Part shown: piece after piece, positions 18,101 to 29,623 of the stretch | How positions within the stretch are numbered: position 1 is the first letter of the stretch | Layout: each line of letters opens with the position of its first letter | Origin: a virus | DNA: 64,000 nucleotides | Virus record (IMG/VR): IMGVR_UViG_3300042503_001396 | Span: 3,738 to 67,737 of that record | Reading direction: 5' to 3' (one strand) | Translations under genes and position numbers: made by a program | Notes under the pieces: generated by a model | The model's input: only the letters and a program-made list of their open reading frames with translations | Told to the model about the DNA's origin: nothing | Database searches by the model: none

Positions 18101-21100
18101 TAATTTTTACTGCAAAGTATGATATCTATGTATTGGACTGCAAAGTCCATTGCTGTTCCAGTGAATCCGTGATCGTGAGATCCACCACCTCCTGAAGCAT
18201 TAGTAGTAAAGGTGTGACTGTGAGCACCCGCACCACCTGTTGTCAAAGAGTAAAAGGGTTCTGAGATTGTACCATTACCAGGGCCAAGAGTTTCTCCCCC
18301 TCCACCATAACTATGAGCGTGATCTCCTACTCCATCAGTAGTTCCACTGTGAGTATGACTCGGTATCTGAGCAGTAGTCAAAGTGGTAGATCCAACAGTT
18401 CCTGAAGGAGTTCTGGAGGCAAATACTGTTGTAAATGCAGTAGAACCACCAGATCCACCACCAGTTCCACTTACAACTCTAAGTGCTTTATTGTTATGAG
18501 TAGTTACTTGTGTCCATCCTGTAGGTGCTGATGCTTGATAGAATAATAAAGTTGTTCCAGTAACAAAAGTTTCTGGTGAAGTTCCTGGTGGACCAGGAGG
18601 ACCAGCTGGTCCTGTGGGTCCAGTAGGTCCAGTAGGTCCAGTAGGTCCAGTAGGTCCAGGAGGACCAGTAACACTAGGACCAGGAGGTCCTGTGGGTCCA
18701 GTAGGTCCAGTAGGTCCAGTGGGTCCAGTAGGTCCTACTTGCTGAACAAATGTTACATTTGCAGTTCCACTTGGTCCTGCAGTTGCTGTAACTCCTGGAC
18801 CAATAAAATTGATCGTTTTAGTTCCTAAAGTTGAACCTACTATTGTACCTTCTTCTTGTACCGTAACACCATCAATAGCAAAAGATGAAATATTTGATGA
18901 TGTTACAACTTCAGACCAAGCAGTAGTTCCATTTCCATTTGTGGATCTATAATAAAGATTTTGTGAGTAAAATGGCGCTGCTAATTGTAGGGCATAATAA
19001 TTTGCTTCATTAGAATGTGTGGAAGTAATTAAATGATACCAAGTATTAGTCGTTGTTGGCCAACCCTCTGCGGTTGTTGCATCATCTGTTTGCCAGAATC
19101 CCGAATTAAGTCGAGTAGTTATATCATCTCTATCAGAAGAACTTTGAGCAGTATTTAAGTAGGTTGCAGTAGTTGCAGAAGTTGCATTACCAGTAATAGT
19201 ACCAACAAATGTATTTGCGTAGACATTATTCCACTTATTAGAAGTACCACCTAAATTTAATGTTCCATCAGTAGAAGGTAGTACACTAGAATTAATTCTA
19301 GAAGTAAAAGTAACTGTATCTGTACTAGCATTACCTAAAAATACATTACCATTAACAGTAAGATTGTTTCCAACAGTAAGATTATTTGAGGTACTTACGT
19401 CAGTTGCTTCAAGATAAATGTCATCATCAGCATCATTTTGAATACCTATATGCAATCTTGTGTTTTCTCCAGATTCCACATAATACCGAATAAATGCCAC
19501 ATCACCCGAACCACCTCCAGGATCGGGTTGCCAATAAATTCCTTTATCTGTACCAGAACCAAAAGAAGGTCTAAAGAATCCATTAACAGTAGCAATACCA
19601 GTAACTAATAAGTTACCAGTTTGAAGATCTGTGGTAGTAATATTATTTAAACCATCAAAAGTCTTTGCATAAACTGTATCCCAACGATTAGAAGAACCGC
19701 CAAGATTTAAAGTTCCATTTGCACCTGGTATTATTGCGGTAGAATTTACGGTTCCAATTTTAGTGTTAGCAATGTAAAAATCATGAGTAACATTTGAATG
19801 ATATTGAATGTCACCAACATTGCCAACACCAAATCCATATTTTTCATTATTATCGTTATAAAGATAAATTTTTAGTTTATCTCTTGTTGTTCCATTAGAA
19901 AAAGTATTTCCAAGATTAATATTATATGGTGTTGCTGTTTGACCAGAAGAATCGGTTCCTAGATTTATATTTCCGCCAATACTCAGTAAATTAGTACTTG
20001 GATTATAAGAAATTCCAGCATCAGTATATAAACTTTCATATGCAGCAGGACTATTATCAGAATCTACAAATGTTGGATAAAATGTATTATCCGTAGAGGT
20101 TCTGATTGTTTTTATGTTGTCGGCATTTGTAGCGGTTCCAGAAAATGCTCCATTAAAAGTATTTGCCCAAACATTATCCCACCTATTATCAGAACTACCT
20201 AAGTTTCTGGTTCCAGTAGGAATAACATTTGTATTGATTGATCCATTAACGGATATGGTATCAGTGCTAGCATCACCTAAAGTTACATTACTCTTAAATG
20301 TTACATTAGAATCAAATGTAGCAATTCCAGTGACACTTAATTGATCATCGATTATTGTAAGTCCACCAGCAGAGTCAATTGTTAAATTTCCTGTTGTGGT
20401 ATCAATTTCATTGTCGCCCGTAATACCGATTTGAATATTATCAATATAAGCACCACCATTAGCATCAATATAACTTGTAAAGGTGCTAATACCAGAAACA
20501 AATAACTGAGATATGCTAGTAACACCTAATGTAGCAATACCAGTAACAAGTAAATCTCTTGTAGATACAATTCCAGTAAAAAACCCATTTCTAGCAAAAA
20601 TTTCATCTTGATAGATATCTTGACTTAAATATAAATTTCCACCAACATATAAATCCCCACCTGTTGTTGTAATACCACCTGCGGAGGCAAGAGTTGTAAC
20701 TCCGACAATAGATACTGAACCTCCAACATTGAGATTTTTTTCAATTCCTACACCACCTTCAGTGATAATTGACCCAGTATTCTTACTTGTAGATTCGGTT
20801 GCATCATTAATATAAACTGCATCATTAATCTGAGTAGTTCCTCCAGAGGAATCTAAAATGAGATTACCAGTATTCGTACTAACGGTATTTGTATCAATTT
20901 TAATATTATCAAATGTTCCGACACCAGTAACATTTAAATTGTTAATGATAACTTGAGTATCAAATGTAGAAATTCCAGATACTTTGAGTCGATTTAATGT
21001 TGTAGATTGATAAACTTCAAGATTTTGAGTTGTAGTAAGTCCAGTTACACCTAAATCACTATTAATATTAACTTTTTGTAAGAATGTTGAAATACCAGTT

Positions 21101-22161
21101 ACATAAAGTTGAGATACATCAATTGCACCATTAAACTTGGATGCGGTTACGATTCCTGTAAAGAATGCACTTGTTCCTGTTACAAATCCAATAGTAGTAA
21201 CACCAGTAACTACAAGATTGCGAGTTGTTGAAGTTCCAGATACTGCAAGAGTTGAAGTTGTCGTAACACCAGTTACATTGAGATTATCAATAGTTGTGCC
21301 ACCCTTAAAGGATGATATTCCTAAAACATCAAGTAAAACTTTTGGTTGAGTACTACCAATACCAACTCTACTATTAACCTCATCAAAAACAAAATTAGGA
21401 GCACCATCTACTAATCCCACATTATTATGAAACTGTATGTTCTGATAGGTTCCTCCAGCACCAGATCTAATTGAACTTTGATTGATCCAAGTTAATCCAC
21501 CAAAATTATTTTTTACTAAAACTTCATTAGTATTTCCAGGTTGATTATTATAATCATAAATTGTGCCAGTAAGTCTTAAATTACCTCTAACATCAAGTTT
21601 TTGTGTTGGATTTGTGGTTCCAATACCGACAGAACCAATATCAGTCGTAGTAATTACGGTTCCACCAGCACCTACAATAATCCTATCACCAGCAGATAAA
21701 AGACCTATAGAGGAGTCAAACTTTAATTTTGATGATGTTGAAAATTCATTCGCAGTGTTAAATATTATTTCTTGATTATTTCCTGGAGCAAACACTCTAA
21801 TTGTAGAAAGATTGCTAGATGCTACTGAAACCGATGCTGTTATTGCCGCACCAACAAAATTAAGTTGAGTTATACTACTTAATGTTCCTACAAGAACTCC
21901 ATCATCAAAAACACTAATTGAACCAGGTATAATTCCACCTTGACTAGGAATCCAATATCTTTCTCCAGAATTACTTCCTTGAACAGAAACAATAATGTAT
22001 TGTTGCCCTGGAGGAACAGATTTAGCACCAATTGAAGAAGGTCCTACTAGTGGATCTCCAAGATTCGGTTCTGCATTTTCAATAGATAAGTACCTATATC
22101 TATCTGATTGTAACTTGGACTGTGATGTTACTCTAGTGCGTCCAGAAAGATACTTTGGCAT
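18100..22161 (-). CDS. tail fibre with collagen-like segment
   Basis: 1353 aa; beta repeats, (GPT/GPP)n, C-terminal APTGW...HxH tip. Confidence 0.85.
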   Translation of the reverse strand: MPKYLSGRTRVTSQSKLQSDRYRYLSIENAEPNLGDPLVGPSSIGAKSVPPGQQYIIVSVQGSNSGERYWIPSQGGIIPGSISVFDDGVLVGTLSSITQLNFVGAAITASVSVASSNLSTIRVFAPGNNQEIIFNTANEFSTSSKLKFDSSIGLLSAGDRIIVGAGGTVITTTDIGSVGIGTTNPTQKLDVRGNLRLTGTIYDYNNQPGNTNEVLVKNNFGGLTWINQSSIRSGAGGTYQNIQFHNNVGLVDGAPNFVFDEVNSRVGIGSTQPKVLLDVLGISSFKGGTTIDNLNVTGVTTTSTLAVSGTSTTRNLVVTGVTTIGFVTGTSAFFTGIVTASKFNGAIDVSQLYVTGISTFLQKVNINSDLGVTGLTTTQNLEVYQSTTLNRLKVSGISTFDTQVIINNLNVTGVGTFDNIKIDTNTVSTNTGNLILDSSGGTTQINDAVYINDATESTSKNTGSIITEGGVGIEKNLNVGGSVSIVGVTTLASAGGITTTGGDLYVGGNLYLSQDIYQDEIFARNGFFTGIVSTRDLLVTGIATLGVTSISQLFVSGISTFTSYIDANGGAYIDNIQIGITGDNEIDTTTGNLTIDSAGGLTIIDDQLSVTGIATFDSNVTFKSNVTLGDASTDTISVNGSINTNVIPTGTRNLGSSDNRWDNVWANTFNGAFSGTATNADNIKTIRTSTDNTFYPTFVDSDNSPAAYESLYTDAGISYNPSTNLLSIGGNINLGTDSSGQTATPYNINLGNTFSNGTTRDKLKIYLYNDNNEKYGFGVGNVGDIQYHSNVTHDFYIANTKIGTVNSTAIIPGANGTLNLGGSSNRWDTVYAKTFDGLNNITTTDLQTGNLLVTGIATVNGFFRPSFGSGTDKGIYWQPDPGGGSGDVAFIRYYVESGENTRLHIGIQNDADDDIYLEATDVSTSNNLTVGNNLTVNGNVFLGNASTDTVTFTSRINSSVLPSTDGTLNLGGTSNKWNNVYANTFVGTITGNATSATTATYLNTAQSSSDRDDITTRLNSGFWQTDDATTAEGWPTTTNTWYHLITSTHSNEANYYALQLAAPFYSQNLYYRSTNGNGTTAWSEVVTSSNISSFAIDGVTVQEEGTIVGSTLGTKTINFIGPGVTATAGPSGTANVTFVQQVGPTGPTGPTGPTGPTGPPGPSVTGPPGPTGPTGPTGPTGPTGPAGPPGPPGTSPETFVTGTTLLFYQASAPTGWTQVTTHNNKALRVVSGTGGGSGGSTAFTTVFASRTPSGTVGSTTLTTAQIPSHTHSGTTDGVGDHAHSYGGGGETLGPGNGTISEPFYSLTTGGAGAHSHTFTTNASGGGGSHDHGFTGTAMDFAVQYIDIILCSKN
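18583..18735 (-). repeat. 9-nt collagen-like repeats (Gly-Pro-Thr/Pro)
   Basis: tandem GGACCTACT-type units. Confidence 0.9.
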
Positions 22162-22163
22162 AA

Positions 22164-22838
22164 TTAAGTCGTGCTATTTTCTAGAATACTGCAAATAAAT
22201 TCCATTTGGAGTGGTCCTACTAAACCTCCACTTACATATGTATGGGCAATTCCAGTGACTGTTCCCGAATTAGTTACGAAGGTTTTGGAGGTTCCAACAG
22301 GATCAACAATTGAAGTAACTGTAAAAGATTGTTGAGGTGATGGAAAAATTGTAGTAGTAATTCCATAATTTCCTGCCGCACAAGTGAACGCAAGACCACT
22401 CATTGTCACTTCATCGCCAACATTAAAGTTATGGGCACTGAAAGTGGTAACTGTTGTGACTCCAGTAGTATTATCATATAAACAGTTAGTTACTGAAACA
22501 ATTCCTGATTGAGTTCCTTCAATGACAATAGAATCTGTAATAATAGCAGTTCTTTCTAACACCAATCTACCGTCAATAATTACAAGAGAATCATTTGGTG
22601 GAATTTCAGCACCTTTTATGATTCTATTGTTTCTTGTATTACCAAAAGTTCTCTGGGAAGTACTCTTTCTTCGATGTGTAAAAGTAAATTCTGGATAAGT
22701 TTCTCCAATTCCAACATTAGATACTTGAGCGTAAAGAACAATAGCAGACACTCCAGTAGGTGCTGTGTATACAGTCTGCTCCCCTGGAGCAACGGGAACT
22801 GCGATTGTTAAAAATTTATTAAGTGGTGCGACTGCCAT
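22164..22838 (-). CDS. small virion adaptor protein (paralogue of 52250..52591) with an inserted domain
   Basis: YTAP.G...VL.AQ..N motif shared; ends SILE. Confidence 0.7.
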   Translation of the reverse strand: MAVAPLNKFLTIAVPVAPGEQTVYTAPTGVSAIVLYAQVSNVGIGETYPEFTFTHRRKSTSQRTFGNTRNNRIIKGAEIPPNDSLVIIDGRLVLERTAIITDSIVIEGTQSGIVSVTNCLYDNTTGVTTVTTFSAHNFNVGDEVTMSGLAFTCAAGNYGITTTIFPSPQQSFTVTSIVDPVGTSKTFVTNSGTVTGIAHTYVSGGLVGPLQMEFICSILENSTT

Positions 22839-22841
22839 ATT

Positions 22842-25727
22842 TTACCTCAACGCAAGTATGAGTGGTGTAACTTCTGCCTGTATTGCTTTACTGAAATCTC
22901 TACCTCTAATTGTAGAGGTAGGTTGGTTAATTTGAAATCCTTCGCCAATGTCAAAATTACCTTTTTGATCTGTACTTGTAAATGGAATTTGTGCTCCATC
23001 TAAAGCAACAATTTCATTTGCTTTAATTGGAACACCCCCAGTAAAGGGTGTTGCAGTATTTATGTCAGTGCCCGTACCAATATATTCGAATGAGTGCGAA
23101 CTTGTTAAAATTCTACTTATTCTTCTAAATGAAACTTGTTCTCCACCAAACAATTGATAAGGAATAAATTCGGTGAATGTAACAGTTGTAATTCCTGCGG
23201 AGGTTTCTGTTGCAGAATCAACTGCATAATAAATTGGTCGTGTAATTACTTCTGCAGTTGCAGTTCCACCATCAATAACAACCTCCAAATTTTGCGATGC
23301 AAGATAATTTCTACCACTATTTACAACATCAATTGCAGTAATTGCACCACTGACTTCATCAATGGTTGGACTTAACTCTGCAATAATACCTTGTGGACCT
23401 TTTGGTTGTTGGGAGTCATCTGCAGTATCACGGATAAAAACATTTGGTGGAGAAGCAGCACTATATCCACTTCCCCCATCAATGATTACTATTTCTTGAA
23501 TATCGACCATGGGTTCAGTAATTACACCAGATCCAACAGCGTCTGGATAATTACTTAGGTTTATTTTAAAGAATAATGTTTGACCGTCATAAGGTCTCCT
23601 ATTATTTCCAATGCCTGTAAATGTAACAGTATCACTACCAGCATCAACACCTGTTTGTCCTCTTGTTGGAGGATATGTCCCTACTGTTCCTGTAAATTCC
23701 GTAGATCCAATTCCAACTGCTTTTAAACCAATATTACCAAATGAAGAGTTGGAGTTTGTTAAGTCGCAAGATCCACCAGTATCACAGTAAATTGCGATAT
23801 CACAATTAATAGTGAAGATAGAAACTAACTGAGCATAACCATTATTTGTAATTGAAACACCAATACCATTTTCATTGTACTGAGTGAATGAATCACACAC
23901 CATACACTTCAAATCATTACCTCGGTTAGCAGCAGTAGCATGATCCCCATTGATTTTCATTCCAATACTGCCCGTCATAAAGTTGGTACAGTTTCTGATA
24001 TATGGACTTCTCCACCTACCTGTTGGTCCTTCAGTTGCTGGTCCTGGAGCAATGTATCCAGAGACCGCATAATCTGACGGATTGATTGGAGGGAATGCTA
24101 CAGCACCACAACCAGTATGTGCAATAGAAACACTCGATCCAGCAAAGTTTATATTTTCAATCAGACATCCTCTTCTGACGTGGAAAACATCTTTAGTAGC
24201 ATTAAGTGGTCTAATAGTGACAAGTCTTATATCCTGCCCTGTTACTGTAACATCAGTGCGAAGACCAATTGGATTATTTTCAGGATAAACACCAGGTCTA
24301 ATTACAATTGTATCTCCAGGTTCTGCTACTGCTGCAGCACCTCCTACAGTTGCCTTTGCATCACCTTCAAGTAAACCAGTGTTTAAGTCATTACCATCTT
24401 TTGTAACCCAAATTGTATTTTGAGTCTCAACTCCAGATGGTCTCCAGGATACACCAGTTCCCACAGAAGCAAGTCTATAATCAAATTTTCCAGTTGCAGT
24501 GCTATTGTTTATATCAATTAGAGATGAATTGAGTTCAACTGTATTGTTAAAAACTGAAGTACCATCAACATTCAATGTTGTGTCTAAATCAGTTGCACCT
24601 TTTACATTTAAAGTTGTTTGAAGTGTTGTAGCACCGTCAACATTTAAAGTAGAATCTAAATCAGTTGCACCTTTTACATTTAAAGTTGTTTGAAGTGTTG
24701 TAGCACCATCAACATTTAAAGTAGAATCTAAATCAGTTGCACCTTTTACATTTAAAGTTGTTTGAAGTACTGATGCACCATCTACATTGAGAGTTGAATC
24801 AAAATCAACTGCTCCAGTAGCATGGAGAGTACCGTTAATATCTAAAGTTGATGTTGGATTATTATTTTGAATACCAACATTTGTCATTCTGTAAATATTT
24901 CCACCTGCAGTAAATCCCCAAAAATCAAAAGATTGTATATCAGCAATGAAGTTTGGATTACTTGGATTTGGTATTGGAATAATTGTATCAGTACCTACTC
25001 CAAGACTATTGAGTTGCTTAAAATTAAGTGCAGTAAATGACTGAGCAATACCTGTTGTTGGTATATAAACTCCCTCATCCTGTATAAAAATTCCCTCAGT
25101 AAAACTTGGTTCAAAGGCAGTCCAACGAATACCTTCTTCATCCATACTCAAATAATAACCATTTGCACCAGGAGAATTTACTGAATCATAAATAAATTCA
25201 TCGATTTTAACGCTTCCTATTACGTCAAGTTTTTGTTCTGGTTGCGTACTTCCAATTCCAACCTTTTCACTAACTATTGTTGTTCCTCTAACATCTAATG
25301 TTTGTTGAGGGTTTGTTGTGGCAATACCTACACGAGTTGTTAAACTGCTAGCAGTTAAAGTAGTTCCTCCACAACCAACATCCAGTTGTTGCCTTGCAGT
25401 AACTATTCCAGCAACATTTAAGTTATCATCAATATAAACACCATCATAAAAATCAGCAAATCCAAAAAAAGTTGAAACTCCAAGTACAACTAAATTTCCA
25501 AATACTGCGTTTGGACTTTTGATAAAATTATAATTTAACTCACCATGAATAGTAACATCCTTATAAAAAATGACATCATTATTAAAATGAGATTCTAATC
25601 CATAAAATTTACTATTTTCGGATGGAGTTTTATATAATGAAGACGTAGATTTTTCTAGACTTTCTTCAATAGTCTGAAGTAATTCTTTTTCATTATTTTT
25701 TTTACAAGTCCCAATACCTTCTGACAT
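22842..25727 (-). CDS. virion structural/fibre-base protein with beta-helix
   Basis: shares SPYIxNCTNF, SHSFEYIG, TSTDQxGNF and TPxILAL with 52596..54449. Confidence 0.8.
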   Translation of the reverse strand: MSEGIGTCKKNNEKELLQTIEESLEKSTSSLYKTPSENSKFYGLESHFNNDVIFYKDVTIHGELNYNFIKSPNAVFGNLVVLGVSTFFGFADFYDGVYIDDNLNVAGIVTARQQLDVGCGGTTLTASSLTTRVGIATTNPQQTLDVRGTTIVSEKVGIGSTQPEQKLDVIGSVKIDEFIYDSVNSPGANGYYLSMDEEGIRWTAFEPSFTEGIFIQDEGVYIPTTGIAQSFTALNFKQLNSLGVGTDTIIPIPNPSNPNFIADIQSFDFWGFTAGGNIYRMTNVGIQNNNPTSTLDINGTLHATGAVDFDSTLNVDGASVLQTTLNVKGATDLDSTLNVDGATTLQTTLNVKGATDLDSTLNVDGATTLQTTLNVKGATDLDTTLNVDGTSVFNNTVELNSSLIDINNSTATGKFDYRLASVGTGVSWRPSGVETQNTIWVTKDGNDLNTGLLEGDAKATVGGAAAVAEPGDTIVIRPGVYPENNPIGLRTDVTVTGQDIRLVTIRPLNATKDVFHVRRGCLIENINFAGSSVSIAHTGCGAVAFPPINPSDYAVSGYIAPGPATEGPTGRWRSPYIRNCTNFMTGSIGMKINGDHATAANRGNDLKCMVCDSFTQYNENGIGVSITNNGYAQLVSIFTINCDIAIYCDTGGSCDLTNSNSSFGNIGLKAVGIGSTEFTGTVGTYPPTRGQTGVDAGSDTVTFTGIGNNRRPYDGQTLFFKINLSNYPDAVGSGVITEPMVDIQEIVIIDGGSGYSAASPPNVFIRDTADDSQQPKGPQGIIAELSPTIDEVSGAITAIDVVNSGRNYLASQNLEVVIDGGTATAEVITRPIYYAVDSATETSAGITTVTFTEFIPYQLFGGEQVSFRRISRILTSSHSFEYIGTGTDINTATPFTGGVPIKANEIVALDGAQIPFTSTDQKGNFDIGEGFQINQPTSTIRGRDFSKAIQAEVTPLILALR
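24562..24816 (-). repeat. 72-nt tandem repeat (GATDLDSTLNVDGATTLQTTLNVK, ~3.5 copies)
   Basis: near-identical nucleotide repeats. Confidence 0.85.
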
Positions 25728-25728
25728 A

Positions 25729-26304
25729 TTAAATTACCGCGTCAATTACAGTATCTATAACATTACCAACAATTCCACTAACTGCACTATTAATAAAATC
25801 AAGTCCAACAAAACTACCCTCAAAAACTCTACTTGTAAAATCCATATTTAATAAGGATGGAATATTTCCACTAGTTCCTTTTAAATCAACTCTTTGACCT
25901 TTGACTACAACACGACCATCACCACCCATCATTGAAATATTTCTTCCTGCCTTAAAGTGAATATCTTCCTCTGCTTCAATCATAATATTCGTAGCATACA
26001 AACGAATCATTCCATTTGCTGAAATAGAAACATTTCCATTGTTTCCAATAATAACTACATCCTCTCTTCCTTCCTCGTGATTTGCTCCACCAGAAATTTG
26101 TATTGTGCGGTCATTATAAAGACCTAGAAGACCACCACTACTTAAACTAATTGAAGACTGATTATCACCACTGTCCGTTACACCATATATTTTATAGACA
26201 TCAGTTCCAGTCAAACCCATTTGAGGATTTGCAGTATCAATCCTGAAGTTTGGATTGAAACTGATTAACTGCCTTTTGTAAATATTTTTGTTTCTTTCTG
26301 CCAT
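25729..26304 (-). CDS. gp5 C-terminal-like beta-helix spike protein
   Basis: alternating I-x-I-x-A strands; follows gp5. Confidence 0.5.
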   Translation of the reverse strand: MAERNKNIYKRQLISFNPNFRIDTANPQMGLTGTDVYKIYGVTDSGDNQSSISLSSGGLLGLYNDRTIQISGGANHEEGREDVVIIGNNGNVSISANGMIRLYATNIMIEAEEDIHFKAGRNISMMGGDGRVVVKGQRVDLKGTSGNIPSLLNMDFTSRVFEGSFVGLDFINSAVSGIVGNVIDTVIDAVI

Positions 26305-26305
26305 T

Positions 26306-28288
26306 TTATGTTGGGCAATCTATGGATACTTGAACTTTTTGTGAGAAGAGATTTGCTGAATTTGCATCTGGAGAAGCAGGTATATTTCCAGACTCTTTAA
26401 GAGCACCTATAACAGGACGCAATATTGCACCAAATCCATTATCAGATTCTATGGTGAGACTGGGGAGACTATCAACAATATTATTTAGAGGTGTGACCTG
26501 ATAGATACTTCCATCAACAATCTGATAATCATATTCATTTCCAAGATCATCAGTTACAACAGTTGTTAAGTCATCATATCCACTTCCACCTTCTTCGACT
26601 AATACTTTTAGAACTGAGAATTCTGCAATGTTTCCGATAGAATAATTTTCACCTTCAGATACCATATAAATGGATTCAACTTCTCCATCAGAATTAATAA
26701 GTGCTCTTGCAACCGCACCATATCCTTGATCATTATCATCTACAATTTCTATAAATGGTGGAAATTTATATCCAGATCCTGGATTTGTTAATTGTACCCC
26801 AATCACACTTGCTGTTGTATTTCCATCTGGATTTGTAACAATATTTCCAAAAATTGGGATTGCAGTTGCACCCGATCCTCTTCCACCAAAAATATTTACT
26901 ACTGGTGGACTTGCAAATTGCAAAGCCCCAGTAAAACATTCCGTTACTGATTCAACGCCAGAGTTAATAGTGTTTGTGATATCACGAATATTGGCATAAT
27001 TGCTGACTAGTGAAGTTGCCAGTGTTGATACCGATCCAGATGGTCCTCCTCCAACAGTCCATTCATTTACAAGACCCTTATAATTATCCAAACTTTGATT
27101 ACAAGCAAAACCTACACCAAATTCAGAAAGTATTCCGATTGCTTCACGTAGTAAGTTGCCAACATTAAAATCAGAAAAGAATTGTAAAATATTTGCAACT
27201 GCACCTAAAGGTCCTTCGAATGATGTTTCTAGTACTCCAATTATTGAATTCATGAGAGTACCTGCAAATTGATCTGCTGCACAACTTACAAAACGCTCCA
27301 CATTCCCAATAGTTGAATCTAAAATATCATAAACTAATTTTTTCATAGTTTCAATTGCTTCACCTGCAATACACGCAAATTCTTCTTCAAGTGCCTTTAC
27401 AGGTATAACCATTGCTTCTTGGGCAGCAACTCCTGCCAAATGTGCTATGACTGGATTTCCAGTTGCTGCCAAAAATTTAGCGTAAACTAATTTATAAAGA
27501 AGATTTAATCCATTTTTTAACAAATCAATTAATTTCTCAATTAAAAAACTAAATACACCACCAATTAAATCATTACACAAGGTAACAATTTTGTCCGCTG
27601 CTTGGCGAATTACTTGATTTATTTTTTCAACACTTCCCTGAAGATTTTTTATTTTACGAATAAGATTTTTTACTATAGATTGAATCTTATCAATCCTTGT
27701 ATTTTTGATAGTATTTGCTAAAGGGACTTTATTTCCAATTGCAAAGTTTTCTGAAAAAACTTGATATCCTACTTTTTGAGATATTGCTTCTGCTTGTTGT
27801 TGAGTAACACTAGGAGGAGATGGATTTGAATCTACTCTAACTTCATTCGTTTGATTTTGAGATACTTTTGTAGGTTGAATTTTTTCAGAGTACCCAGTAA
27901 AAGGAACAAAAGGAGATTGATAAGTCGTTGAAGGAACAGAAAAAGTTCTTCCAAATGTTGCTAGAATAACTGGGATTTGAGCGTTATCACCATCTAAAAA
28001 GAATCCAAGAACTGTGTCGCCTGGTTGTAACTGCACACCAGTCATCACATTTGCTGCTCCACTTCCTGCTGTGGTTGGAATCAAACACTGTGCCCAAGGA
28101 AGATCCTCATTTGGAAGTTCTTCTTCACTATAGGGATGATATCCAATAATCCTTACCTTAAATCTATTACCCCATCCTTTACCATCTACTTGACCTCCCA
28201 TATCAGAGATGGGTGGAATCTGTCCAATCCACCATCTAAAACCATCTCTGCCGATAAAATTACTTTTAAGAAGTGACTCGTCTATCAT
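26306..28288 (-). CDS. gp5: baseplate hub/spike gp5-like (OB-fold N-terminus)
   Basis: FRWWIG...RFKVRIIGYHP...LPWA...VLGFFLDG motif of the T4 gp5 OB fold. Confidence 0.8.
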   Translation of the reverse strand: MIDESLLKSNFIGRDGFRWWIGQIPPISDMGGQVDGKGWGNRFKVRIIGYHPYSEEELPNEDLPWAQCLIPTTAGSGAANVMTGVQLQPGDTVLGFFLDGDNAQIPVILATFGRTFSVPSTTYQSPFVPFTGYSEKIQPTKVSQNQTNEVRVDSNPSPPSVTQQQAEAISQKVGYQVFSENFAIGNKVPLANTIKNTRIDKIQSIVKNLIRKIKNLQGSVEKINQVIRQAADKIVTLCNDLIGGVFSFLIEKLIDLLKNGLNLLYKLVYAKFLAATGNPVIAHLAGVAAQEAMVIPVKALEEEFACIAGEAIETMKKLVYDILDSTIGNVERFVSCAADQFAGTLMNSIIGVLETSFEGPLGAVANILQFFSDFNVGNLLREAIGILSEFGVGFACNQSLDNYKGLVNEWTVGGGPSGSVSTLATSLVSNYANIRDITNTINSGVESVTECFTGALQFASPPVVNIFGGRGSGATAIPIFGNIVTNPDGNTTASVIGVQLTNPGSGYKFPPFIEIVDDNDQGYGAVARALINSDGEVESIYMVSEGENYSIGNIAEFSVLKVLVEEGGSGYDDLTTVVTDDLGNEYDYQIVDGSIYQVTPLNNIVDSLPSLTIESDNGFGAILRPVIGALKESGNIPASPDANSANLFSQKVQVSIDCPT

Positions 28289-28294
28289 TTATTT

Positions 28295-29623
28295 TTACTT
28301 TTTAACTCCGAAAGTATCTCTTATCAGTTTCATAGATGTATATGAATTATTTACATCAAAATGATGACACAGTTCCTTAATCATATATAGTCCACTAGTT
28401 TCGGTGTCATATTCTTTTGCATCAGATTGAGTGATTTTTGGAAATTGGCACTCAATCACATCACCTGCTCTTAAGTTCGTATTTGATGGTACGACAACAT
28501 TTAAAGTTTGAGTGAACAGAATATTATATCTCATTAAGGACTGTGATTGATACAATGATTGATCAGAATTAATAGCAGTTGAAACACCAGGATTTATTGT
28601 ACCAACATCATAAACTGCAGTTATGATTCTTGTTGGCACATCACCTAATGTTAAATCAGATCCTTCAGATAAGGGTGGTAGTTTAATTTGACTGCCAAGA
28701 TTATTAGTTTTTCCAGCATAATCTTCAAGTTTAAACTTTCCTTCTTCTGGATTAGAAAAAGAAAAATCTAATGGATTAAAAAACATCCTATGACTTGCAT
28801 AAGTGCCAAGTTTTAATTTTTCAAGTAAATTTTGATTTTTTTCAACATGATAATTCAAAATTTTAAAATCATTGTTTACTTTCAACTCCTTATCATCATA
28901 CGAATCTTGAGATTGTGTATAAGTATATGTTGCCTTTGGACTTTGTTCCAGCAAATCATCGATAGATCTAAATTGAAATCCGTCTTGAGTTTGATAGAAT
29001 AAAAATCCTGCAGTTCCACTTCCAGATTTTTCTGGAACTGCCTTTGATGCTAACCAAATTAGAAGAGTAAAAGGTTTTCTTAAATTTCCAATAAATCCAT
29101 ACTTATTTGAAGACTTATCTATCTTTCCTACTTTATTTGTCTTTAAATAATCTTTTAAAATATTTTCTACAGAATCACTAATTTTATTTTCAACTTTAAA
29201 TTTTTTACCTACTCTTACAGTTTCATTTGTGATTGCTTCTCTTGAAACCAAATGAAGTGTAAAAGTTTCCCTATTTGTTTCTGCAATTACATCAGTAATA
29301 CTAGAGACATAAAAGTAATCTTCTACTCTTTTGGAAAAATTTAATCCTGGATTTGTTGCAGAATTTCCTGCAATTTTTAATGAAAGTCTTTCTCCACCTC
29401 TAAGAGGCAATCCATTATATATTGACTGTTTATCTCCATCTTGATTGCTTTCTGGAGCAATAACATTTCCATTGTCAACTATTTTGATTTTTGCAGTAAT
29501 TGTGGGGGAAAATATATCTTCATAATATTCGAAAAGAATTGCACCACCTATGAGACCAATAGACCTAGATCTATCATTTGATTCTAAAGTTAACTCATCG
29601 TATAAGGACTTTTTAATTGACAT
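28295..29623 (-). CDS. baseplate hub protein (gp27-like)
   Basis: YYEDIFSP...FYQTQDGF...SGLYMIKELCH; synteny with gp5. Confidence 0.6.
   Translation of the reverse strand: MSIKKSLYDELTLESNDRSRSIGLIGGAILFEYYEDIFSPTITAKIKIVDNGNVIAPESNQDGDKQSIYNGLPLRGGERLSLKIAGNSATNPGLNFSKRVEDYFYVSSITDVIAETNRETFTLHLVSREAITNETVRVGKKFKVENKISDSVENILKDYLKTNKVGKIDKSSNKYGFIGNLRKPFTLLIWLASKAVPEKSGSGTAGFLFYQTQDGFQFRSIDDLLEQSPKATYTYTQSQDSYDDKELKVNNDFKILNYHVEKNQNLLEKLKLGTYASHRMFFNPLDFSFSNPEEGKFKLEDYAGKTNNLGSQIKLPPLSEGSDLTLGDVPTRIITAVYDVGTINPGVSTAINSDQSLYQSQSLMRYNILFTQTLNVVVPSNTNLRAGDVIECQFPKITQSDAKEYDTETSGLYMIKELCHHFDVNNSYTSMKLIRDTFGVKK

Noticed and set aside
8573-22161. Diversity-generating retroelement or invertible fibre tips
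   Set aside because: Collar domains are similar only at the protein level; no reverse transcriptase, invertase or adenine-specific TR/VR pair was seen
6793-25000. Many plus-strand ORFs opposite the fibre genes
   Set aside because: Antisense shadows of repetitive G/T/S-rich codon usage with no RBS or motifs
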